Part shown: piece after piece, positions 44,317 to 56,100 of the stretch
How the letters are laid out: the number at the start of each line of letters is the position of its first letter
Position numbering within the stretch: the first letter of the stretch is position 1
NCBI RefSeq assembly: GCF_000142905.1
Contig: NW_013657631.1
Location: forward strand, 1-64,000
Length of the DNA stretch: 64,000 nucleotides
DNA from: Thecamonas trahens ATCC 50062
Lineage: Eukaryota; Protista; Apusomonadida
Reading direction: 5' to 3'
Notes under the pieces: generated by a model
Told to the model about the DNA's origin: nothing
Database searches by the model: none
Seen by the model: the letters and a program-made list of their open reading frames with translations, nothing else
Program-made: the position numbers and the translations under genes

Positions 44317-45216
44317 NNNNNNNNNNNNNNNNNNNNNNNNNNNNNNNNNNNNNNNNNNNNNNNNNNNNNNNNNNNNNNNNNNNNNNNNNNNNNNNNNNNN
44401 NNNNNNNNNNNNNNNNNNNNNNNNNNNNNNNNNNNNNNNNNNNNNNNNNNNNNNNNNNNNNNNNNNNNNNNNNNNNNNNNNNNNNNNNNNNNNNNNNNNN
44501 NNNNNNNNNNNNNNNNNNNNNNNNNNNNNNNNNNNNNNNNNNNNNNNNNNNNNNNNNNNNNNNNNNNNNNNNNNNNNNNNNNNNNNNNNNNNNNNNNNNN
44601 NNNNNNNNNNNNNNNNNNNNNNNNNNNNNNNNNNNNNNNNNNNNNNNNNNNNNNNNNNNNNNNNNNNNNNNNNNNNNNNNNNNNNNNNNNNNNNNNNNNN
44701 NNNNNNNNNNNNNNNNNNNNNNNNNNNNNNNNNNNNNNNNNNNNNNNNNNNNNNNNNNNNNNNNNNNNNNNNNNNNNNNNNNNNNNNNNNNNNNNNNNNN
44801 NNNNNNNNNNNNNNNNNNNNNNNNNNNNNNNNNNNNNNNNNNNNNNNNNNNNNNNNNNNNNNNNNNNNNNNNNNNNNNNNNNNNNNNNNNNNNNNNNNNN
44901 NNNNNNNNNNNNNNNNNNNNNNNNNNNNNNNNNNNNNNNNNNNNNNNNNNNNNNNNNNNNNNNNNNNNNNNNNNNNNNNNNNNNNNNNNNNNNNNNNNNN
45001 NNNNNNNNNNNNNNNNNNNNNNNNNNNNNNNNNNNNNNNNNNNNNNNNNNNNNNNNNNNNNNNNNNNNNNNNNNNNNNNNNNNNNNNNNNNNNNNNNNNN
45101 NNNNNNNNNNNNNNNNNNNNNNNNNNNNNNNNNNNNNNNNNNNNNNNNNNNNNNNNNNNNNNNNNNNNNNNNNNNNNNNNNNNNNNNNNNNNNNNNNNNN
45201 NNNNNNNNNNNNNNNN

Positions 45217-46725
45217 AGGCCCACCGCCGCCGAATCCAGGCGCTTGCCCGGCAGGCGCTTGCCCGCCGCCTTGCTGCTGCGCACGCTGCTGCGCAAGCAG
45301 GTTCTGAATGGCAGACATGGCCGCCGCCGACGAGTCAGCCGCCGCCTCGCCGGTACTGGCCGAGCCGGCACCAGCCGAAGTCGGCTCTCCGGCTGCCGCG
45401 CCTGCAAACGCAGGCGCGTTGACGGCCCGCTCCTGCTGCAGCCGCTTCTGACGCTGGATGCGGAGCCGCTGCTCATCGTCCATGTCCTCGTCCGAGTCGT
45501 AGTTGAAGCCCTCGAGCGGGTCTGGGCCAGCCGGCGGCAGGTCGGCCGACGGCACCGACGGCGTCGCCGGCTTGCCGCCGGCGCGCAACTGCTGCAAGTT
45601 GGCAAAGAGGCCGGTGAGGCCGGCCTGCGCCGCCAACGAGTTAGACGCCAGCGGCGCCGCGGCCGGTGACGGCGGTGCCACCGCCTGCTGCGCCTTGAGC
45701 TTGGCGAGCGTTGCCTGCAGCTCGGCAAGCGCCGACGACGATCCCGCAGCCGTAGCCGACGAGCCTGCAGCTGCAGCTGCAGCCGACGACGACGAGCTCG
45801 CGGCCGCGGCCGCCGACAACGAGCTCGTAGCTGGATGAGCCGCCGACGAGCGGGATCTGCTCCCCTCGGCCACAGCCGCAACCTCAGGTTCAACCTCCTT
45901 GCCTAGCTTCCGCGCCATCCACACCTTGATGCCGGCAAGAACGCGCGACGAGAACATCTTGCTCTCGGCCCACACATTGACCAGGCGCTCGATCTTGGCG
46001 CGGACAGGCTCGCACTCCCACGCTGCCGAAATAGCCTTGGGCAGCTGGGCGGCAAACCGCGGGCCGTAGCCCTCCTTGGACCCGTTGGCCTTGATGGAGG
46101 CCTTAACCACCGCGTCAATCATGTACAGACCGGAGAGCCGGTACACCGGCTTGGACTTGAACACAAACTTGAGAATGTAGTGCGCCACAAACTTGTACCG
46201 CGTCTGTTGGGCCGGCCGAACCGACGACGAGCCGCCGATAGATGGTCACACCCATGGCGAGCAGGTGATCGATGGCGGCAAGTGATAGCAGAGGCAGTGA
46301 CCAGGCGAGCGAGCAGAAAGCAGAGAGCGAGAAGTAAGCGGTGAGCGGAAGCGGTGATCAGTGGCGGTGGACAGCAAGTGACGCGAGCAGCAAGCGACGA
46401 GCCGCAAGCGGTGAGCGACGAGCGAGCGAGACAAAGCCGAGGACCAAGCGGAGAGTTTGCGTGTGGGGAAAGTGGTGGTATGAGAGAGTTAGTACATGTA
46501 TGAACATGAGAGAAAGTGTATGGTATGGCGCATGATGTGTAGTACATGCTTGTCAAATTTGTAGCTCTGTAGAATGACTCTTGCTTCTTTCTGTGGACGT
46601 ACCTTGTAGTGCTGGAGTGCCAGCTTGGTGATTTTTTCAATGTGACTCGGTGCCACAGGCGGCTTGGTAGCATGGATAGCCTTGAAGATGGCATTGAACA
46701 CATCCTCTCCCGCCCATTTGGACAT
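45217..46725 (-). CDS. RNA Pol II CTD-interacting-domain protein (SCAF4/8 / Nrd1/Seb1-like), 3' end in gap; exons 46603..46725 and <45217..46203
   Basis: KPPVAPSHIEKITKLALQHYK joined by a GTACGT...AACAG intron (46204-46602, phase 0) to TRYKFVAHYILKFV..RLSGLYMIDAVVK..KIERLVNVW. Also FNYDSDED. Confidence 0.8.
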
Positions 46726-47029
46726 CACAACCGAGTATTCTCTCTGCTCTCTCTGTCCCTCTCTCTCTCTCCTCTTCCCAAAGAGTCAGATACCCGTTCT
46801 TCTCCCTCCCTCCCTCCCTCCCCCCCCCTTCCCTACTCACCTCGTTGCTGTTGGTCAACTGTCGCATGTTCGACTCATTCTCGCCTGATCCATTGCCGCC
46901 CGAGATACCGATGCAGGTCAAGGAGCATGATGACCATGATCCCCGTACTCAGCTTTGACTTTGACTGGCGAGAGATCCGCTTTGTCTGCGCAGTGACGAG
47001 ATCCATCCGATCATTGGACGAACCGATCA

Positions 47030-47245
47030 ACTAACAATCGAACGATTAATCGCACGTTCGACCAAACACTCAACAAGCGAACGATTAATCAAACGTTCAA
47101 CAATCGAACGATTAATCAAACGTTCAACAATCAAAGAAAGTCCAAACACTCAACAAGCGAACGATTAATCAAACGTTCAACAATCAAAGGAAGTCGTCGC
47201 CGAACGAACGATATCAACCGAAGAACAATGATAACGAACGATTAT
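47030..47245. repeat. AT-rich repeat with 4 copies of GAACGATTAATC(AA/GC)ACGTTC in a divergent promoter region
   Basis: Copies at 47040, 47079, 47106 and 47159. Confidence 0.85.
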
Positions 47246-47924
47246 TTTGGAATGATGTGGGGGAAAAAGGAATACGGAAGGAGCAGCAGGTGAGACAGGA
47301 GGGGGGGGGGGGGGGGGGGGGGGCAGTGGGTACCACCTACCCCGNNNNNNNNNNNNNNNNNNNNNNNNNNNNNNNNNNNNNNNNNNNNNNNNNNNNNNNN
47401 NNNNNNNNNNNNNNNNNNNNNNNNNNNNNNNNNNNNNNNNNNNNNNNNNNNNNNNNNNNNNNNNNNNNNNNNNNNNNNNNNNNNNNNNNNNNNNNNNNNN
47501 NNNNNNNNNNNNNNNNNNNNNNNNNNNNNNNNNNNNNNNNNNNNNNNNNNNNNNNNNNNNNNNNNNNNNNNNNNNNNNNNNNNNNNNNNNNNNNNNNNNN
47601 NNNNNNNNNNNNNNNNNNNNNNNNNNNNNNNNNNNNNNNNNNNNNNNNNNNNNNNNNNNNNNNNNNNNNNNNNNNNNNNNNNNNNNNNNNNNNNNNNNNN
47701 NNNNNNNNNNNNNNNNNNNNNNNNNNNNNNNNNNNNNNNNNNNNNNNNNNNNNNNNNNNNNNNNNNNNNNNNNNNNNNNNNNNNNNNNNNNNNNNNNNNN
47801 NNNNNNNNNNNNNNNNNNNNNNNNNNNNNNNNNNNNNNNNNNNNNNNNNNNNNNNNNNNNNNNNNNNNNNNNGGGGGGGGGCAGTGGGTACACCCCACTC
47901 CATTACCTCCCAACGCGCGAGAGT

Positions 47925-48908
47925 ATGAGTATGAACAAGTCTTGGCCGTGGTGGAAGTCATGGGGTGTTCTCCTGGGTAAGGTGCCGTGTCGGGAAGGAG
48001 GGAGGGAGGGGGGCGGACAAGGTGAGGGACGAGGTGGAGAGGGGGGGGGGGGGGACGAGGTGGTGGGGACGTGGTGGTGAGGGGGAGGCACGGTCAGGGG
48101 AGGTGGGCAAGGAGGTGGTGGGGACAGAGGCAGAAAGAGTAGATGAAAGGGTGAGTTGGGCAATTGGGAGACATGGGGGTTTTTTTTCGAGTGTTGAATG
48201 GTGTGGGGACTCATGGTGGATGATGGTGAATACCGACGGTGGCTGCGATGACGACGACATCGGGACCGATATCACTGCACGGATCACGACGACAACCGGG
48301 ATGATCACTGCTCGCTGCGCACGGGCTCAGGTGCCGGCGCTGCGCTGGCTTCGTCGGTGGCAGTGTACCGCTGGCTCACGGCACGCGCACACGAGGACGA
48401 CGGCTTTGATGACTCGGGCAAGCGCGGGCGCGACACGGTGAGGCACCTGACCGAGATGTTCATCTCGCAGTACCCGAACGGCATGACCAAGGAGGACGTG
48501 CTGGCGTATCAGTCCGAGTTTACTGAGAACAACATCGATGTTCTCTTCAACGCCATCGACTCTGACGGCAACGGCGTCGTCTCGTGCGAGGAGTTCCTGC
48601 TGTGGAAGCTCGCCATGTCTGCGCCCGAGTCTGCCGCCCGCTTCACCTTCCACATGTGGGACACCGACCACTCCGGCTCGCTCTCCTTCTCCGAAGTCAT
48701 GCGCATGTTCCTCATCCTCCGTTCCGCCAACGCCATCAAGACGTCCAAGGACGCCAACGAGCTCGCCCGCGAGCTCTTCGCCAAGGCCGACGTCAACCAC
48801 AACGGCTTCATCTCAGAGACCGAGTTCATGGCCGCCATGTCCATCCTCCACGACATGGACGAATCCGAGCACCCCGAGTACTTCCAGCGCCTAGTCAACA
48901 TCATCTAA
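47925..48908 (+). CDS. EF-hand Ca2+ sensor (calcineurin-B/NCS-like) with N-terminal signal-anchor; join(47925..47976,48331..48908)
   Basis: EF loops DSDGNGVVSCEE, DTDHSGSLSFSE, DVNHNGFISETE. A phase-1 GTAAGG...CTCAG intron gives MSMNKSWPWWKSWGVLLGAGAALASSVAVYRWL. Confidence 0.8.
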
Positions 48909-49091
48909 ACTGCAAACTGCCACCCTTGCCTCCATCCCCCCCTCCCTCCCAGACACGGCACTACGCGATCAGCATACGATGCCAGGGAGAGAGGCCAGCC
49001 AGCCAGCCGAGCTCAGCCCAGTCAGTCAGCCAAGCTCAGCCCGGACACCACCCTCCCCACTCGTCGCCACCCTTCCACCGAGTGCCTTGCT

Positions 49092-50615
49092 ATGGCAACG
49101 CGAGACGGATGGCTCTCCCTCTGGCCTACAGCGGCCTCGCTTGCTCTTGCTGCAGCCATTGTGTTTGCGCTCCTCCGCGCGCCTTATGCCAAAGTCGAGG
49201 AGTCGTTCAACCTGCATGCGAGCCATGACCTTGTGAGCGTTTGGGGTCGACCTCTGTTTTCCACGGCGTACAACGTTTCACAATTTGATCACATATTTTT
49301 CCCCGGCGTCGTCCCTCGGACCTTTGCCGGCCCCATCGCCCTCGCCGCCCCCTTCCGCCTCTGCTCCCTCGTCTCGCTCCTCCCGCCAGCCTTTGAGACC
49401 CTGCCTGGCATCGCGGCTTGCGCCCGCCCGGGCGTTGGCTGGGCCTGGCAGATCGCGGTCCGCGCCGTCCTTGGCGGCTATGTCTGGCTCTCGTGGCTGG
49501 TGGCGGCGCAGGGCCTCGCAAGGGCCACCGGCTCGCGCCGCACGGGCAAGCTCATGCTCGCCGTCACAGCCGCACAGTTCCACATGACGTTCTACGCGTC
49601 GCGGACGCTGCCCAACGTCTTTGCACTCGCCATCGTCAACCTCGGACTCGGCGCCTGGCTTGCCGGCGCCTGGCGCGCCTTCATCGTCGCCTTTGCCGTC
49701 GTCATCCCGCTCTTCCGCGCCGAGATCGTTGGCCTCTTCGGCCCGCTTGTCCTCTTCAGCTGGCTTGTCGACCGCCGCCCGGTTGCCTCGACGCTGACGC
49801 TCGGCATCGCCGTTGGCCTTGCCACTATTGTCGCCTCGGTCGCCGTCGACTCGGGATTCTGGCGCCGCACACTCTGGCCCGAAGGCGAGGTTCTCCACTT
49901 CAACACCGTCCTCAACAAGTCGTCCGAGTGGGGCACCTCGCCGTGGCACTGGTACGTCACCAGGGCGCTGCCCAAGGCGCTCCTCGGCGCGCTACCCGGC
50001 ATGATCCTCGCTGCCTTTGCTGCGCCGCGCTCCCTCGTCGCCCGCCTCGCCCTACCACCGGCTGTCTTTGTCGCCCTCTACTCTCTGCTTCCGCACAAGG
50101 AGCTCCGCTTTATCTTCTACGTCATCCCGCTCTTCAACGCCCTTGCCGCTGTTGGCTACAATTGGGCCCTCGCCGGCTCGCGCCTCGGCCGCGCCGCCCT
50201 CGCCGCGCTACTCCTTGCCTCGGCCGCCGCCGCCCAGCTCATGGTCCACATCTCGGCCCACAACTACCCGGGCGGCGACGCGCTCACCGCTTTCAACTCT
50301 CTTGCCGCAGCAACGCCCTCAACTCTGCTTGCCGTCCACATTGATGCCGATGCTGCCATGACCGGTGTCTCGCTCTTTGGCCAATCGGCGCCCAACGTGA
50401 TGTACTCCAAGACCGAAGGCCTCACCTCGTGGGACAACTTTACCCACCTCATCACAGCTGCCTCACCGGCACAGCGTCCAGGCTTTGCCCTCCTCGCCAC
50501 CATTCCGGCCTATGCTGGCCTCCGTTTTTGCCGCTCTGCCTGCGCCTTTGGGCTCCCGCTCGGCCTTGACCTCATCCTGGAGCCTGCGCTCTACATCCTG
50601 GCACGGGAGACGTAG
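49092..50615 (+). CDS. ALG12: Dol-P-Man:Man7GlcNAc2-PP-Dol alpha-1,6-mannosyltransferase
   Basis: KVEESFN, FPGVVPRTF, SRTLPN, WPEGEVLHFNTVLNKSSEWGTSPWHWY, LPHKELRF, NYPGG; multi-TM. Confidence 0.95.
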   Translation: MATRDGWLSLWPTAASLALAAAIVFALLRAPYAKVEESFNLHASHDLVSVWGRPLFSTAYNVSQFDHIFFPGVVPRTFAGPIALAAPFRLCSLVSLLPPAFETLPGIAACARPGVGWAWQIAVRAVLGGYVWLSWLVAAQGLARATGSRRTGKLMLAVTAAQFHMTFYASRTLPNVFALAIVNLGLGAWLAGAWRAFIVAFAVVIPLFRAEIVGLFGPLVLFSWLVDRRPVASTLTLGIAVGLATIVASVAVDSGFWRRTLWPEGEVLHFNTVLNKSSEWGTSPWHWYVTRALPKALLGALPGMILAAFAAPRSLVARLALPPAVFVALYSLLPHKELRFIFYVIPLFNALAAVGYNWALAGSRLGRAALAALLLASAAAAQLMVHISAHNYPGGDALTAFNSLAAATPSTLLAVHIDADAAMTGVSLFGQSAPNVMYSKTEGLTSWDNFTHLITAASPAQRPGFALLATIPAYAGLRFCRSACAFGLPLGLDLILEPALYILARET

Positions 50616-50654
50616 CCGTTGACCTGATCGCTTTTACACAAACTGCGCCCGTCC

Positions 50655-51625
50655 TCACTTGGTCTTGGTCTTGGCCTTTTTGCCCTTGCTCTTGCTCTTG
50701 CTCTTCTTGCTGCTCTTGCTCTTCTTCTTGCTGCTCATGCTCTTCTTGCTCCCCTTGCTCTTCTTCTTGCTCTTGCTCCGACCCTCATCGCTCACGTCGT
50801 CATACACATGCCGCGCGTTGTCGCACCACAGCTTGTAAGCTCTGTGCATCACCGCGGGCTCCCACTCGGTCTGGCGGCGCATGTAGTCGCGGATGGCTTT
50901 CTTGCGGCTCGAGTAAGACGCGCCCTTGTTAACGCGGACCCTAACCTTCTCCACCTCGACGTCGTACTGCACAGGCTTGGGAATGACCCTGAAACCACGG
51001 CGCAGCTGCTCCTCCAGCCGAGCGATCTCCTCCTCCAGCACGGCGTCATCGGCGTCAGCAAGCCGGACCACCACACCGTCGCGGGCAAACTCGGAATGGA
51101 CCTCCCACTGCGAGTCGCAGCGCTCGACATCGTCCGCGATGTCTGCCACCCACAACCACATCGATCCCCGCCATCATCATCATCACCACCACCACATCGA
51201 TCCCCGCCATCACCACCATCAACACCATCCCCGCCATCCCCACCACCATCCCCACCACAGCCACAGACAGCCGCACCAGTCAGTCACCGCCCCCCCCTCC
51301 CCCCTTCCCCCCACCCACCCACACCCCCTCCCTCTCCCCCTCCCCCTTTGCCACACATACCCCATTCGTCCGTGGTGTAGCTCGAACCGTACGACGTGTA
51401 CGACATGGTTGTCCAGTCAGAGAGTAGTAGCCAGCTATCTGGTTGCTCATACCCACCTTGCCCACCGCACCGACTGGCAGTCTGTTCATCGCCTGTCTGC
51501 AACGCCCACCACTCAGGCAACGAACAAATTGTGGGAAACTGGTATGGTACAGGGGGGAAGGGGATCATGGGTGGATGGTCCTCCACAGCCTCCTGCCACA
51601 CTCTATCCACACACACCAACTCGTT
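50655..51625 (-). CDS. Hypothetical protein with Lys/Ser-rich tail; at least two exons (intron 51143-51360), 5' end unresolved
   Basis: Phase-1 GTATGT...GGCAG intron joins ...YTTDEW to DIADDVERC.... Basic C-terminus KSKKKSKGSKK. Confidence 0.5.
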
Positions 51626-52041
51626 CTACTCATCACACTTATCACGCATATAGACGATATGTGCGTGTGTTCTGCCCACAACATGTCCTTCCCATCGCTC
51701 GTGGCCACTCTTTCTGCATCTGGAGTCGTCCGATCACAGATCGCTCGAAAAAAACAACAACAACCACACCACACGCGTAAACATCATCTGCAATCCCATC
51801 ACACACATCTCCCTCCCCCGCCTCTCTTCCTACCGTCATCCCTTCCCTCCCTACTGCAACCATCCCTGTCCACATATTTCATCACGATCACCCTCGCAAC
51901 CATCATCACCATCACCATCATCACCATCACTATCCATCCATCCTCCCCCTCTCCCCCCTCCCCCACCCATGCCCCCCTCCCCCCCCGCGGGCCACCAGTC
52001 CACCCCTCTCCACCTCACTATTCTCACCCTCAGCCTCCACC

Positions 52042-53078
52042 ATGGACACCTGGCACACGCATCCTGAAGGGGTGCGTCCATGGTCTGCGCTTGTCACGCC
52101 TTCGAGCGGCTCAGCTGGGAGGCAGCCAGTTGAGACGGGCACGAGACAGTCAGTGCCTGCCGAAACGCCGCTAGAGGCCAAGAGCTCGAAGCCACCCGCG
52201 ACTTTGGCTTCCAAGGCCGATGAGGAGGAAATCGCAGCTTGGATTGCAGAGCGGAAGAAGCGGTTCCCAACGCGGGCAAACATCGCTGCAAAGCTGGCGG
52301 CAGAGAAGAAGGCTGAGGTCACTGGCGCTCTCCCGCTGGACGCGCACACGGGCAAGCTTCGGAAGCGCCGGCGCGCCCCCTCGGCTCCATCAAGCTCTTC
52401 CACTAACGACCCGCCGCTCAAGCGGAGAAAGAAAATCCGGACCCGCCGCCGCTCGACCCGCACTAACCCGCCGCCGCCTGCAACCATCCCACCGCCCGCA
52501 ACATCTGCCTCGTCGCTTGTGGCTGGCTACGGTGCTTCGTCGTCATCCTCCTCTTCCTCGCCGTCAGCCGCAGTCGTCGATCACGCGTATTCATACTCGT
52601 ACGCATCGATGTCGGCTTCGACATCGCCGTCGGCTTCGGCTTCGGCTCAAGCTGCCCACTCGCCGCCCCTGCCGGGAGCATCTCCTGCTTGTCAGGCCGA
52701 GACCGACGCTGTGTCGGCATGCCATCCTGACGCCAAGGCCAAGGCCAAGCCTGATCGTCGCGCTGCGCGGCTCTGTCGGTTCTTTGCCCGCGGCCGGTGC
52801 AAGAACGGCGAGACCTGCCCGTACCTGCATGACCCCTCGCGAGTCCTCTGCCCGCACCTGCGCAAGGCCAAATCCAAAACCGCCGCCAAAAGGCCGTCTG
52901 CCCGGACGGCGCGGCGTGCCGCTACTCGCACACCCGCAAGGCCCGAACCAATGTCGCCGCCCTGCCGCCGACAAAGCCATCGCTTCTCTCGCGTCTCTTT
53001 GCCCGCGAGCTGCGAAGCGACGCTTCGCTCGTCCTCCAGGTCTTCCGCCGCTGGATCGAGACCGACTTTGCCCGCTAG
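52042..53078 (+). CDS. NUFIP1: NUFIP1/Rsa1-like box C/D snoRNP assembly factor with two CCCH-type fingers (frameshift near 52890)
   Basis: PEP-like EEEIAAWIAERKKRFPTRANI and CRFFARGRCKNGETCPYLH. After removing one A in AAAA: CPDGAACRYSH and SLLSRLFARELRSDASLVLQVFRRWIETDF, stop TAG at 53076-53078. Confidence 0.75.
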
Positions 53079-53106
53079 CACCTCCCGCACACGCCCTCAC
53101 GCTTGT

Positions 53107-56100
53107 TTACACACGCGTCCGCGAGAGATGGACCCACTGCCGCAGCCGCAGGTCGACGGCCTGGCCCGGCGTGTTGTCTTCGTCGGGTGGAACGATAAGG
53201 TTGGCTACAACGGCGATGAGGCCCTTCTGCGGCCGCATAGCGTGCGTCACCATGCCGCACGTCCGGCACTTGAAGATCGACCACTCGAGCTTGGGAATGA
53301 CCTTGTGCTTGAGCATGTCCGAGACCTTGAGAAACGGGTTGAACTCCTCCACGTTGGTTCCGAGGCCGTTGTGCAGCTCGGCCGAGGTGATGAACCGCCA
53401 CTGCAGCTGCCGCGCCGAAAACTCGTGCAGCGTCTGCATCTCGGTCAGCACGTCTGCGCACCCGATGTTGGGGCACGACGACCGAGTCGATGACTCGATG
53501 GTGCACGCGCACGATGAAGTCACCACCTTCGACCGCCCGTCCTCCACCACAGACAGCACGTTACCGCCGCAAAGGCACTGGTACTGCGAGAGCGGTGACG
53601 ACGGCCGCTGCTTCTGAGCCAGCATCTGCTCCCACTGCTTCAGCTGCAGCATGTACTTGCTCTCAGCCTCAAACACAAACCGCGCCTCGCGCACGAGTAC
53701 AAACGCCTCATACAGCGGCATGTGCCGCGACACCATCAGGTACCCCATCAGCATCACGCACGCGGGCGAGTTGACCGTCTCGCGTGCCACAAACACCACA
53801 CGCGCCCCGTGTCGCAGCGCAGAGTCTACAAACTCCTGCACGAGCGGAATCGACGACGCAAGCTCAAACGACGCACTAGCCGCTGTGTTGCCGCTTGCCT
53901 CCGTGAAAGCGTTGGCCAGCGTCTGGCCCTCGCCCTCCACCACATGCGCCGTCTCTAACACGTTCAGTTGCAGCCGCGTCCGGTACGGCGTCGGCGAGCA
54001 ATTGACCACGTGCGTCACTCCGAGCTCAAGCAGCTCGTCGAGATCCTCCGCCACAAGCGACGATGCCACATACAGCTCGTCCGTCACTCGCGTGATTGCC
54101 TTGTCGTACCATAGCTCCGCCACGTGGTTTTTTGGCTCGTTGCTCGCCCCGCTCGTCCCCTGGCCCTTGCTTCTAGGCTGTTCGCCGAGTATCGCGCTCG
54201 AAATCGCGCCCGCGCCACCGTCGCCAGCAGACACCGAAGTGGCCGACACCGATCCGCCACCGCTCATCATCACAGACGTCTGTCCATCCGTTGCTCCCGC
54301 CGATGTCACCGACCGGTCAAAGAGCCGCGTCTTGAAAAGCTGCCCGATCCGCTGCCTCTGACCCGCGATGCCCGCTTCTTCCACGACGACGTCACCTTCT
54401 TCCCGTGCTTCGCCACCCACGCCGCTGCCACGGGCAGCAGCTGCGCCTCAAACTTGACAATGACTTCAGCGAGCGTCGGCCGCTTCTTGGGATCGCGCTG
54501 GAGCACAAACTCCAAAAACTCGAGCACATCCTTGTTGTGATCTACCAGCGCCGCCCGCTCCTCGGCAATGAGCTCCACGCCTTCGGTCGTAACCCGGTAG
54601 TAGAACTCGCCCCAGTTGTCGGGGTTGTACGGATCACAGAACAAGTACTCCGAGGTGAGGAGCTCAAAGAGAAGACACCCGATCGACCACACGTCCGACG
54701 CCGGTCCGGCCCCGCCGCCGGCCCCAGACTTTTCGTACGACGCCTTGATCTTCGACTTTTCGTCAGCGTACGCCATCGTCAGCATCTCCGGCGACTTGAT
54801 GTACTCGGTCCCGCGGTTACGCTTGGTGAACGCGGACTCGCCCTCAGCAAACGCCTTCGACTCGCCAAAGTCGGCCAGCACCACCTTGACCGACGGCCGC
54901 CCGGTCGCAAGCAGCTCCGAGAGCTGGTCTAGCACCGTCTCGGGCGCCCCAGACGACGCAGACGCAGGATCCCGTGCCTCCACGAGGAAGTTGTCACACT
55001 TGATGTCGTAGTGGTTGACCCGGTGCGCCTCGAGCAGCCGCAGCACCTTGAGTGTCTCGTAGTACAGATACAGGTACACCCCAAACGACTCCTCGAAACG
55101 GAGCTTCTGCTGCAGCCGCCACTCCCGCAGCGACATCGTGTACCGCTTCATCACGATCCAGTAGTTGTTGCCGTCCACCCCGTAGTCGTACACATGCGAC
55201 GCCCGCAAGTCGTGCCGCAGCCGATCCAGAATCACAATCTCGGAAAAGATGTCATGCAGGACGCACCGGTCGTGGACCGTCCGCGGCAGCGTCATCACCT
55301 TGGCCGCCAGCTTGGTTCCCGTCGGCCCAAACTTGGTCTGATACACAAAGCCAAAGGCTCCTGCTCCAAGCCGCTCGCCCATCTCGTACAAGTGCGCCGG
55401 AAAGAGCGAGGTGCAGAGAAGTTTCAGCAGCCGCATCGCCCCGGCTCCCAGCTCGCGCGTCTCCTTGATCAGCAGCGGCACAATCGACGCGTTGTCCGGG
55501 TAGTTGATGTGCATGTGCAGGTAGAACGGCACGTTGAGCTTCTTGTACGTCGTCGGAAACTGATCTGTGTACAGCGACTCGAGCTTGTCGTCCTCCGTCA
55601 GAATGAGAAGCATGAGCAGCTCAATAATGAGCACGTGCATCCCGTCGTCGTGGTACAGCTTCCGGTTGTTCCGCTCCGTCTTGTAGTACGCGTCCGCGTC
55701 AAGCGAAAAGTCCCATGACAGGTAGTCCTCCAGCGTCCGGAGCACATGCGGCTGGTCTTGCAGCAGCTGGAACTTGGTGTCCGGTCCACCGTGATCGACC
55801 TGCGCAAACCGTTCCAGCCCGCGCTGCTGCCGCGACGACGTCCATGCCTGGGTCCCAGAGCTCAACTGCACCATCCGCCGTCCAAGCCCTTTGCCGGCCG
55901 CCGCCGACGGGCTCGGCGACCCAAGTGATGCCTCGCGCATCCGCCGCTTCTTCCGCCGGCCCCTATTGCGATGGCCAGACGCCGCGTGCACCGATACACG
56001 CGGCCTACTTGCGCTTGATATGGGTGAGCCGGACGAGCCGGATTCGGTGCCACCAATCCCCAGGACCCGCATCGACGAGGTGGCCTCGGTCCCGCACGTG

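Noticed and set aside
43522-46188. 888-aa ORF and other ORFs spanning N gaps (1709-3022, 22924-23790, 43696-45669, 47177-47961)
   Set aside because: Artefacts of translating through Ns. Only the CID portion is supported.
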